This document shows, piece after piece, positions 1-7,631 of a stretch of DNA of 43,891 bases; the first letter of the stretch is position 1, and every line of letters starts with the position of its first letter. The DNA is taken from the NCBI GenBank assembly GCA_011526015.1, contig WYBG01000418.1, positions 1-43,891 of the forward strand, given 5' to 3'. Origin of the DNA: Deltaproteobacteria bacterium (lineage in GTDB: Bacteria; Calditrichota; Calditrichia; RBG-13-44-9; J075). The position numbers and the translations under genes are program-made. The notes under the pieces were generated by a model, which searched no databases, was not told the DNA's origin, and saw only the letters and a program-made list of their open reading frames with translations.

Positions 1-3
1 GCG

Positions 4-120
4 GTTTTAAAAGTTGCCACAAAGGCTCTAAGACTTGAGGGTTCACTAAAAAATGTTTAAAATTCTTGGTGAAACTTTGTGATTTAGTGGCTTCGTGGCC
101 AAAGTTTGGACTTTTAAAAC
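4..120. repeat. AT-rich module closed by an 11-bp inverted repeat (GTTTTAAAAGT 4-14 / ACTTTTAAAAC 110-120), with an inner 8-bp stem (72-79 / 100-107)
   Basis: Read directly. The region is far more AT-rich than the rest of the window. The element may be truncated by the window edge. Confidence 0.5.
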
Positions 121-159
121 AGATTCTTAGACTATTTGCCAGCAATTTCAGGCCAAACT

Positions 160-308
160 CGTTCCCATCCCGGCGTTCCGGGATGGGAACGGAATAATTC
201 CCGAAACTCTGTTTCGCTTGCCGGGAAACAAGCCGGCATTCTACGCAATTCACGCTCTCGAAACAAAGTTTCGAGTATTCGTGCGTTCCCAAACAGAGTT
301 TGGGAACG
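160..308. repeat. Cluster of five consecutive short perfect hairpins
   Basis: Stems: 160-173/178-191 (14 bp, cGTTCCCATCCCGG..CCGGGATGGGAACg); 202-207/211-216 (CGAAAC/GTTTCG); 219-224/233-238 (TGCCGG/CCGGCA); 257-264/268-275 (CTCGAAAC/GTTTCGAG); 284-294/298-308 (cGTTCCCAAAC/GTTTGGGAACg). The first and last share GTTCCCA...TGGGAAC. Confidence 0.75.
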
Positions 309-474
309 AGATTGGTAGCCGAATGTTCACCGTAATCGCTTGGGTTTACGCCTATGCGGCCATCCGGGAGGACAGGGGCTTCGTCGTGAGTTCAGCCGAA
401 CGGTGGGTGCTGCGGTTTCTTGCCAGGCTCAACCTCGGGAGTTTTCCCGGGGCTGTACCCCTTGACCCACCCCT

Positions 475-505
475 TAATTACCAATTGCCAATTACCAAAT
501 TGGGC
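475..505. repeat. CAATTG-type heptamer word array immediately downstream of the protease stop
   Basis: ttaatta ccaattg ccaatta ccaaatt ggg. This is the same word as the 10-unit array at 21023-21092. Confidence 0.6.
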
Positions 506-531
506 TGCTACATTAAATTTTTCCAACCCCC

Positions 532-3500
532 TTACCGGATCACCATAAACTTGCCCTTTTTTTCCTCTCCGTTGAACCGCGCCACGTAAATATACACCCC
601 GCTGCCGACCAGGTCGCCAACGCGGGTGCGTAAATCCCAGGCCACTCCGCCGCTTCCCGAGGTCTCTTCCAACCGCTGCAAGAACTGCCCGGATGCGCTG
701 AAAATGAAAATTTCACAGCCTTTTGGCAAATTCGCAAACATCAGATCATTATGGGCAGCCTGGCCCTTGTAAGGATTGGGATAAACCAGCACTTCCGCCA
801 GGCTTTCCGTGCTGAGGATGATCGCCAGGCGGTTGGCCCTGGTGTTATCGAGCAGAAAACCGCCCGCGTCTTTCAGGTTTTTTACGGTAAGGTAGTAGGG
901 AACCCCTAAGCTGCCCAAACGGGTGTCGCTGCTGACGGAGAGATGCACCACCCCGGCGTCGCTGCTGTCAAGCTGCGCCAGGATGATTTTCCCATCCGGC
1001 TCCAGAAAATAATTTTCCGGGTTCTGCGCGGAAGCGGTTTCCAACTCCCGGCTGAATTTCAGGCGCAGGTAGTGCTTGCCGGAGTAGCTCACGGATTGGA
1101 GATAAAAGGGTTCGCCCGCGGGCAGGTATTCAAACGAAACCAGCAGGGGCTGGCCGGGCAGCGGGGTATGTTGAAGATCGCTGAGGCCGGCCATTTCCAG
1201 GTGGTTCGCCCGGGAAGAAAATTCTTCCAAAAAAGAGAGCAGCACTTCCCGGCGGTTCTCCCCACGAATGGCGCTGGCGGGGTGTATATTTTCGTTCGAG
1301 CCGCTCAACAGGCGATAATTTTCCGTTGTAAAAGCCGCGTCAGACATCGCCTCGTTGAAGCGCAAGCGCACCTGGCGGGCGGAAAGCGCTTCCGCACCCA
1401 GGAGAACCGGCGGCGTGTTGGGCTGCGCCGATACGGGGCTGCTGAAACCGCTTTCCGGTTCCGGGAAGCTGAAATCCACCCGGGTAACGGTGTAAGTGTA
1501 GAGCGTATCGGGATGTACCAGGGAATCCGTGAACGCCGGGGATTGGGTGGAGTCGCGCAGCGTTAAAGCGCCGGACAGGCCGGTTTTGCGATAAATTTTG
1601 TAGTAATTCGCTGCGGGACTTTCCCGCCAGTCCAGGCGAATCGTGGCCGTATCCAACGGCACGGCCTGAAGCTGAAGCGGCGGAGAGGGGCGATTCTGAT
1701 CGGGGTTGGCTTCGAAGCGGAGGATTCCCGCATCGCTATTCATCAGAACCTCCGGCAGGCCGTTGCGGTCGAAATCCTCCGCCAGCGCCAGGTTGCTGTT
1801 GAGGCCCTCGCGATACCAGGCCACGGAGAATTCACCCTGGTCGAATTGCAGCACGTAAGCGTTCGGGAAGGGGGTGAAAATGATTTCGCTGCGCCCGTCG
1901 CCGTCCAAATCCGCCGCGCTAAGCCCGTTGTGGATTCCCGGCTGCACCGTTACCCCGTGCACGTTCTGCTGCCCGATCATTTCAAAGGTGTTGTTTCCGG
2001 CGGATTTCCACGCCGTCAGCGCCCAGAATTTGCTATTGACGTTGGATTCCCGCAGCACCTCCGGCAGGTTGCGCACCGCGCTGAGCAGCTCCTTCTGCCC
2101 GTCCCCGTCCAGGTCCGCGGCTTGCAGCAGGCTGTTGCCGCCCCGCCCGGGCAGCCGGGTTGACCATATAAATTGATACTGGCCGGTTGCATCTTCTTCA
2201 TAGATATAGAGATCGCCGTCGGTATCCTCCACGGCGATTTCCCGCAGGCCGTCGCCGTCGAAATCTTCCACCACCGCCCAGGGCACCCCGAACTGGTTAT
2301 TGCCGGGGGTGACCTCACCGGGCAGCATTTGCCGCAAGGTAAGCTGGTGCGCCGCGCTAACGTCAAAAATGCGCCAGCGCCCGAAATTGAGGGCCAGCAA
2401 CTCCGGTTCGGGATCATTATCCAGGTTGATCAGGCGGCTGGCCCAAAAATTGGCGGTATCCTGCCAGACCACGGCGTTGGGAAACTCCCCCGGCGCGTTG
2501 CCCCCCAACAGCAGAGACCTGGCCCCGTAGCCGCCCAACAGTTCCAGCCCCCCGGCGGGGTGAATTTTGGCGGCCTCGCGGGGGATCAGGGGAAAATCGG
2601 TCAGCTGCCGCGTCGCCCACTGGCCGTCGAGATATTCCCAGGCTTGCAGGGGGCCGAATTTGCTCCCATCGATCAATTCCGAGATCACGAACTCCCGGCG
2701 CTGGTTTTCATTGAAATCCGTGCCGAAGGGCATGAAAAAGCCGCTTACCGGCAGTTGCTCTTTTTCGGATAACAGGGTTTGCGGCGGGAGGGCCTCGGGA
2801 AGATTCAAGGGGTAGTATTGCCCCTCGTTGTCATAAATCGCCTCCAGGCCCGCGGAATTGCGCAGGTGCAGGTAAAACTCGATGGCGCCGCTAATGTCTT
2901 CCTGGGAGAGGATGAAATTGTGCTCGTCCTGAAAATATTGGGAGATTTTGGAAAAGAAAGGTTGCGTATTGCGTATTGCGTATTCCGTATGGAGGATTGG
3001 CTGAGAGTGTTGGGAGCTTTTCGATAAAGTAAATGTACGCTCGCCGGCGCGGCGGTAAAAGAGGGTGGCGACGGTGGGGTCGTCGGTTTGAAAGCGGACC
3101 AGGAAGCCGTTTTGCGGGCCGATCAGCATCGCCGTGCTATGGAGCTGGCTGGGAACCGGGGGCGTGTGGTCGATAGCAAAGATAGTTTTATAGACCATGT
3201 CGCTCAACCCGTGCTGTTTGAGGCGCAACTCCAGGGTGTAGGTGGTGTCGGGCAGGGCGGCAAGATTCCAAACCGTTAGAGTATCTTGCAGCGCCTGCAC
3301 GCCGAAGACTTCCGTGATGGGGGTCCAGTGGAAGGGATTCTCGCCGGTTCCGTAGGCCAGGGCGTAAGAAATCAGCCGGGGACCAAAAACCGTTCCGGTG
3401 ACGGCGATCTCATCCGCCGCAGTGCCGCTGCCGGTGGCCGGCGCGGTAATCTCCGCGTAGCCCTGCTCTCCGATGGTCAGGCTGCGTTGCAAATCCACCA

Positions 3501-4818
3501 GTCCGTGCCCGTAAAAAGGATCCCACCCGAAGTAGCCTAAATCGCGGCAGCCGGCGTAGAGCGCCCCTTTGGCCTGCTCGGGAGCGTAAGCGGGATAATA
3601 GGAAATGATCAGCGCCAGCGCCGCGCAGACTACCGGCGCGGAAAAAGAGGTGCCGTTGTTGATCCCATAGGCATCGCCGATCTGGGTGGAAAACACCTCC
3701 ACGCCCGGCGCGACCAGGTTGATCTTGCTGCCGTAGTTGGAAAATCCCGCCAGTTTGTTGGCGGAATCCGTGGCCCCCACGGAGATAGTTTCATCGAACG
3801 CCGCGGGATAGTTTAGGGAAGCGTTGCCGCTGTTCCCGGCGGAGGCGACGAAAATCACCCCCTGGCCGACCCCGTACTGGATGGCGTCGCGCAGCAGGTA
3901 GGAGAAAGCGTTATCCCCGAAGCTCATGTTTACCACTTTGCAGCCGTTGTCGATGGCGTAGAGGATCGCTTCCGCCACGTCGTCTTCCTCTAAGAAACCG
4001 GAGGCGGTGCCGGCGCGCAGGATCATCACCCGCGCTCCCGGCGCCGCCCCGCTAATGCCGATGGCGTTATTCTGCCGCGCGGCGATGATGCCCGCCACCG
4101 GGGTGCCGTGCCCGCTGCCGAATTCATCCATGGGATCGTTATCCGGCTCCAAATAATCGCCCTGGTCGGGAAAATTGGGCGCGTCGGTGAAGTCCCAGCC
4201 GATTACGTCATCGATGTAGCCGTTGCCGTCGTCGTCGATGCCGTTGAGGTCCAGGGAGTCGAGAACGCCGTTGTCGTTGAGGTCTTCCGCCGAATTGATC
4301 CACAACTGCCCTTGCAAATCTTCATGGCGGTAGTCAACGCCGGTGTCGATCACTCCCACGATGACCGAGGCCTGCCCCGCTTCGATATCCCAGGCCGCCG
4401 GGGCGTTGACGTTGCGCAAATACCATTGCTCGGAAAAGAGCGGGTCGTTGATCTCCGCAGAGACGCGATAGGCGCGGTTGGGTTCGGCATAGACCACTCC
4501 CGGCAGGGCGCTTAATTTTTGAATAACGGTTTCCGCCTCGGCGGGGGAATCGAACCGCCAGCGCTGTACGTTTTGCAGCGCCTCCGGCAGAGCGGCGCGG
4601 CGGGGAGCATCGAACAGGGTGGAGACATTTTTCGGAGGGTGTTGATCCAAAACTTGCTGAAGATTGGCCTCGCTGCTGAAATAGGGTTGCGGAGAGCCTT
4701 TTTGCGCCGGCGCGACGGAGATTTGGGGGGCAAGGCGCACGATGAGCTCTTGCGCCGGTAACCACCCGCTGCACGGGAGCAGGAGGGAAACAATCATCAA
4801 ACGGATATTGGCGTTCAA
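532..4818 (-). CDS. Secreted subtilisin-like (S8) serine protease with FG-GAP/VCBS-type repeats, FN3/Ig-like modules and a T9SS C-terminal sorting domain
   Basis: Catalytic triad contexts VGVIDTGVD, GHGTPVAGIIA and NGTSFSAPVV. Four DxDGDG-type repeats (DFDGDGLREIAV, ADLDGDGQKELL, ADLDGDGRSEIIF, EDFDRNGLPEV). C-terminus VYPNPYKG...SGVYIYVARF...KFMVIR. The ORF opens at 4845 (TTG), but I prefer the TTG at 4818, which lies 7 nt after AAGGAG (4826-4831) and gives the signal peptide MNANIRLMIVSLLLPCSGWLPAQE. Confidence 0.9.
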   Translation of the reverse strand: MNANIRLMIVSLLLPCSGWLPAQELIVRLAPQISVAPAQKGSPQPYFSSEANLQQVLDQHPPKNVSTLFDAPRRAALPEALQNVQRWRFDSPAEAETVIQKLSALPGVVYAEPNRAYRVSAEINDPLFSEQWYLRNVNAPAAWDIEAGQASVIVGVIDTGVDYRHEDLQGQLWINSAEDLNDNGVLDSLDLNGIDDDGNGYIDDVIGWDFTDAPNFPDQGDYLEPDNDPMDEFGSGHGTPVAGIIAARQNNAIGISGAAPGARVMILRAGTASGFLEEDDVAEAILYAIDNGCKVVNMSFGDNAFSYLLRDAIQYGVGQGVIFVASAGNSGNASLNYPAAFDETISVGATDSANKLAGFSNYGSKINLVAPGVEVFSTQIGDAYGINNGTSFSAPVVCAALALIISYYPAYAPEQAKGALYAGCRDLGYFGWDPFYGHGLVDLQRSLTIGEQGYAEITAPATGSGTAADEIAVTGTVFGPRLISYALAYGTGENPFHWTPITEVFGVQALQDTLTVWNLAALPDTTYTLELRLKQHGLSDMVYKTIFAIDHTPPVPSQLHSTAMLIGPQNGFLVRFQTDDPTVATLFYRRAGERTFTLSKSSQHSQPILHTEYAIRNTQPFFSKISQYFQDEHNFILSQEDISGAIEFYLHLRNSAGLEAIYDNEGQYYPLNLPEALPPQTLLSEKEQLPVSGFFMPFGTDFNENQRREFVISELIDGSKFGPLQAWEYLDGQWATRQLTDFPLIPREAAKIHPAGGLELLGGYGARSLLLGGNAPGEFPNAVVWQDTANFWASRLINLDNDPEPELLALNFGRWRIFDVSAAHQLTLRQMLPGEVTPGNNQFGVPWAVVEDFDGDGLREIAVEDTDGDLYIYEEDATGQYQFIWSTRLPGRGGNSLLQAADLDGDGQKELLSAVRNLPEVLRESNVNSKFWALTAWKSAGNNTFEMIGQQNVHGVTVQPGIHNGLSAADLDGDGRSEIIFTPFPNAYVLQFDQGEFSVAWYREGLNSNLALAEDFDRNGLPEVLMNSDAGILRFEANPDQNRPSPPLQLQAVPLDTATIRLDWRESPAANYYKIYRKTGLSGALTLRDSTQSPAFTDSLVHPDTLYTYTVTRVDFSFPEPESGFSSPVSAQPNTPPVLLGAEALSARQVRLRFNEAMSDAAFTTENYRLLSGSNENIHPASAIRGENRREVLLSFLEEFSSRANHLEMAGLSDLQHTPLPGQPLLVSFEYLPAGEPFYLQSVSYSGKHYLRLKFSRELETASAQNPENYFLEPDGKIILAQLDSSDAGVVHLSVSSDTRLGSLGVPYYLTVKNLKDAGGFLLDNTRANRLAIILSTESLAEVLVYPNPYKGQAAHNDLMFANLPKGCEIFIFSASGQFLQRLEETSGSGGVAWDLRTRVGDLVGSGVYIYVARFNGEEKKGKFMVIR
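2964..2991. repeat. GCGTATT heptamer x3 (+ CCGTATG) embedded in frame in the protease CDS
   Basis: gcgtatt gcgtatt gcgtatt ccgtatg encodes HTEYAIRNTQ on the minus strand. 17 nt (2973-2989) are identical to 21896-21912. By my alignment a further 19-nt stretch, gtattgcgtattgcgtatt, recurs in the intergenic array at 38565-38583. Confidence 0.8.
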
Positions 4819-4836
4819 CCACGTTCTCCTTGTATA

Positions 4837-4869
4837 AGACCTCAAAGGTTTTGAAAACCTTTGAGGTCT
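4837..4869 (-). promoter_or_regulatory. 33-nt perfect palindrome in the protease 5' leader
   Basis: AGACCTCAAAGGTTTT g AAAACCTTTGAGGTCT lies between the predicted promoter and the AAGGAG ribosome-binding site. It would contain the alternative TTG start at 4845. Confidence 0.7.
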
Positions 4870-4928
4870 GTGGGCCAGGCCACGTAGATAGTCGGCTCCA
4901 TGTCTCGCAACATAAGCCCGGCTTTGCC

Positions 4929-4957
4929 AATATAATGCCGGGAAGGTCCGGCTGCAA
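4929..4957 (-). promoter_or_regulatory. Candidate sigma70-type promoter of the S8 protease gene
   Basis: The minus strand reads TTGCAG-17 nt-TATATT, about 100 nt upstream of the start codon. Confidence 0.45.
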
Positions 4958-5089
4958 AGCGGCAGTGAGATTGGGCAGCAAAAAAAGACTATGGGCTCGA
5001 GGTGTAGTTTTTCTGTTTGCGAAAATCGGGATGAAAGAGTACCTTCTTTAAAAGTTTTATCTCAGTTTTAACCAACGAGGAAAAAACCT

Positions 5090-5347
5090 ATGCAAAAGAG
5101 TCTCTTCTTTTTGGTTTGTTTTGCTATCTTAGCTTAATCGTGTGGCGAGCGAAGCAAACCCAGCGGGCTTTTTTCGGTCAGAGTAAACGACAAAACTGGT
5201 TATATAGATCGAACGGGGAAAATAATCATCGATCCGCGGTTTGATGCTGCCTTGAGCTTTTCCGAAGGGCTGGCAGGGGTAGAGATTGGCGGCAAGTGGG
5301 GCTATATCGATAAGGCGGGGAAGTATGTGTGGAATCCCACGGATTAG
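5090..5347 (+). pseudogene. WG-repeat lipoprotein gene interrupted by an in-frame TAA at codon 16
   Basis: GAGG RBS, then ATG at 5090. Translation: MQKSLFFLVCFAILA-TAA(5135-5137)-SCGERSKPSGLFSVRVNDKTGYIDRTGKIIIDPRFDAALSFSEGLAGVEIGGKWGYIDKAGKYVWNPTD-stop. KWGYID/TGYID are WG-repeat signatures. The stop sits inside the lipobox (LA-x-SC). Confidence 0.55.
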
Positions 5348-5428
5348 GTAAATGGGCAGCGAAATCAGATAAAGAGTAAACCAGTGTGAAAACGGTCCTG
5401 GTGATTAATACTGGCGCAGGTTTCATAA

Positions 5429-5713
5429 ATGTCAATCATCCGAAAAATTCGCCAGAAGATACTTGATCGGGATTACTATCTATCTTCCCATGCGGAAGAC
5501 GAGATGCTAAACGATAACCTGGGACGGAATGACGTTGAAAGAGTTATTCTAACCGGCAAGATAAATCGCAAATTAACCGGTGATATTAGTGGCACGAGAT
5601 ACCGAATTGAAGGCTCGGCAAGGGATGGAAGAAAGGTGTATGTAATCTGCCGGCATAGAGAAGATGGCAGCCTTATCATCATAACCGTATATACCGTATC
5701 GGAGGAAATATGA
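5429..5713 (+). CDS. DUF4258-family protein (putative toxin of a type II TA pair)
   Basis: 94 aa. The motif SSHAEDEMLNDNLGRNDVERVILTG and overall size fit DUF4258. Its stop overlaps the next start (ATGA at 5710-5713). Confidence 0.7.
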   Translation: MSIIRKIRQKILDRDYYLSSHAEDEMLNDNLGRNDVERVILTGKINRKLTGDISGTRYRIEGSARDGRKVYVICRHREDGSLIIITVYTVSEEI

Positions 5714-5931
5714 TTTGTGAATTCTGCGGCGGGCAAACCGCAAAGAAGAAAGTAAAACGGCACCATTGGCTTCATGGCAAATTATACATCATTGAAAACG
5801 TGGAAGCCGAAATTTGTTCTCAGTGCGGGGAGCGATATTTTCACGCAAAAACCCTCGATGAGATAGACCGCCTGTTAACCAGCACGCATGAAGTTAAAGA
5901 AAGAATCGAAGTGGAAGTGGTGAGCTTGTAA
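5710..5931 (+). CDS. YgiT/MqsA-type zinc-finger protein (putative antitoxin, no HTH domain)
   Basis: 73 aa with CEFCGG...CSQCGE (CxxC-N..-CxxC) and IIENVEAEIC, as in the MqsA N-terminal zinc-ribbon. Translationally coupled to the upstream ORF. Confidence 0.7.
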   Translation: MICEFCGGQTAKKKVKRHHWLHGKLYIIENVEAEICSQCGERYFHAKTLDEIDRLLTSTHEVKERIEVEVVSL

Positions 5932-5970
5932 CCAAAGGGAAATTCTCTGCACCACAATAGAGGTTGAGCC

Positions 5971-6084
5971 ATGTCAGCAAACCTTACCGCAGAAGTCTTT
6001 CAAGATGAAATTGCGATTTCATTTCTCTCAGCCCTGAAGAATACCTTTTGGCCAGAAGTCGCTTATATCAAGAAAAAAGGCTAA
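5971..6084 (+). CDS. Hypothetical 37-aa ORF (MSANLTAEVFQDEIAISFLSALKNTFWPEVAYIKKKG)
   Basis: ATG preceded by AGAGG, in the AT-rich islet after the TA pair. I recognise no family. It could be a gene remnant. Confidence 0.2.
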   Translation: MSANLTAEVFQDEIAISFLSALKNTFWPEVAYIKKKG

Positions 6085-6240
6085 AATAACGCGAAAAAAT
6101 TTTTTTCATACCTGCGTGAAACACTTATATGGCAAATGTTTCACAGGTATTCTTCAGGGCTGCCTTTCTCTTTCCCGTCTTGGAGATTATCGCCGGATTC
6201 TTTACATTCTCCCCTGCTAACAAACATATGGAGGCTCTTC

Positions 6241-7419
6241 ATGTTAGTCAAAGAAAAGGTCAATCAAGCTAAAGGCATTTTAAAAGAGTTCGGGGTGGAT
6301 TGCTGGCTTACCTTCGTGCGCGAGAGCGGGATCACCCCCGATCCTTCCCTGTCTTTCCTGGTCACGTCGGACGTCACCTGGCACTCCGCCTTTATCATTG
6401 CCGCTTCCGGGGAGACCCGCGCCATCGTCGGGCAGTACGATAAGAAAACGATTGAGGATCTGGGCGCATACGATGCGGTCATCGCCTACGTGCAGAGCAT
6501 CAAAGAACCGTTTCTGAGTTACCTGAAACAGCTCAACCCCAACAAAATCGCGGTCAATTTCTCCAAAGGCAGCGAAATCGCCGACGGGCTGACGCACGGG
6601 ATGTATTTGATCCTGCAAGACCTGCTATCTGAGGCCGGGATGCAAGAGCGGCTGATCTCCTCGGAAAAGATCGTCTCCGCCCTGCGCCAGCGCAAAACCG
6701 CCGCGGAACTGGAGCGCATGAAGGGGGCGATCCGCTTCACCGAGCAGGTCTTCGGCGAAGTCGCCGGGTTCATCAAACCGGGAAGAAGCGAGAAGGAAAT
6801 CGCCGCGTTTATGATAAACCTGATGAAGCAGGCCGGGCTGGCCTCCGCCTGGGACGTGAATATGTGTCCGGCCGTGTTTACCGGCCCGGATACCGCCGGT
6901 GCCCACTATGGCCCCACGGATCGCAAGGTTGAAAAGGGGCAGGTGCTGAACATGGATTTTGGGGTGAAATACCAGGATTACTGTTCGGACTTGCAGCGCA
7001 CCTTTTACATCCTGCAGGATGGTGAAACGGAAGCCCCGCCGGAGGTAAAAAAAGGGTTCGACGCCATCTTGAATTCCATTGAATCCGCCCGCAAAGCCTT
7101 AAAACCGGGCGTTCAAGGATATGAGGTTGATGCGGTGGCGCGGAACATCATCGTAAACGCCGGTTATGAAGAATTTCCCCACGGACTGGGACACCAGGTC
7201 GGCCGTTTTGCGCACGACGGAACCGCCCTGTTAGGCCCCAGGTGGGAAAAATACGCCAACAAGCCCTTCGAGAAAATCGAAGAAGGGATGGTTTTTACCA
7301 TCGAGCCGCGCCTGACCGTGCCCGGCCGCGGGGTGGTGACCATCGAAGAGATGGTGGTGGTGACCAAGAGCGGGGCGGAGTATCTTTCCCATCCCCAACA
7401 GGAACTGATTTTGATTTGA
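6241..7419 (+). CDS. M24-family Xaa-Pro peptidase (aminopeptidase P / prolidase type)
   Basis: Pita-bread motifs DFGVKYQDYCSD, HGLGHQVG, FTIEP and TIEEMVVVT. I place the start at ATG 6241 (GGAGG 6 nt upstream) rather than at the ORF opening at 6136. Confidence 0.85.
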   Translation: MLVKEKVNQAKGILKEFGVDCWLTFVRESGITPDPSLSFLVTSDVTWHSAFIIAASGETRAIVGQYDKKTIEDLGAYDAVIAYVQSIKEPFLSYLKQLNPNKIAVNFSKGSEIADGLTHGMYLILQDLLSEAGMQERLISSEKIVSALRQRKTAAELERMKGAIRFTEQVFGEVAGFIKPGRSEKEIAAFMINLMKQAGLASAWDVNMCPAVFTGPDTAGAHYGPTDRKVEKGQVLNMDFGVKYQDYCSDLQRTFYILQDGETEAPPEVKKGFDAILNSIESARKALKPGVQGYEVDAVARNIIVNAGYEEFPHGLGHQVGRFAHDGTALLGPRWEKYANKPFEKIEEGMVFTIEPRLTVPGRGVVTIEEMVVVTKSGAEYLSHPQQELILI

Positions 7420-7474
7420 GCGCAAGATGTAGTTCCCAACATTCTGGGATCATTTATGGCAGAATGATTGATTG

Positions 7475-7523
7475 GCAGAATAATCTTCCCCTCGCACACC
7501 GGAATGCCGGATAATTATTCTGC
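7475..7523 (+). repeat. 10-bp inverted repeat downstream of the peptidase gene (possible terminator)
   Basis: GCAGAATAAT (7475-7484) / ATTATTCTGC (7514-7523). The loop contains CCGGaatgCCGG. There is no U-tract. Confidence 0.4.
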
Positions 7524-7631
7524 GGCCGGCCTTCCGGGATGGGGGCTACTGTTTCAACTTCGGTCAAATCTTATCTTGCCATAATAACAGTCTGGCAATA
7601 AAAACGCATAAGCGAGGAATGGAAACCGGGC

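Noticed and set aside
160-308. Integron attC sites or REP elements recognised by a RAYT transposase
   Set aside because: The stems begin GTTCCCA and end TGGGAAC. That does not fit the RYYYAAC...GTTRRRY attC cores or the GTAG-headed REP consensus. No integrase or RAYT gene is in the window.
136-589. ORFs 136-318 and 218-589 across the hairpin cluster
   Set aside because: They open with TTG/CTG-type starts and have no RBS. They are translated straight through palindromes, and the second runs into the protease 3' end. I treat the region as non-coding.
540-4981. Numerous 60-215-aa ORFs overlapping the S8 protease gene on both strands (e.g. 943-1566, 2173-2772, 4334-4981)
   Set aside because: They are shadow ORFs of a long GC-rich gene. 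Their translations are Arg/Gly/Pro-rich low-complexity sequence with no recognisable motifs or RBS. The protease frame explains the region completely.
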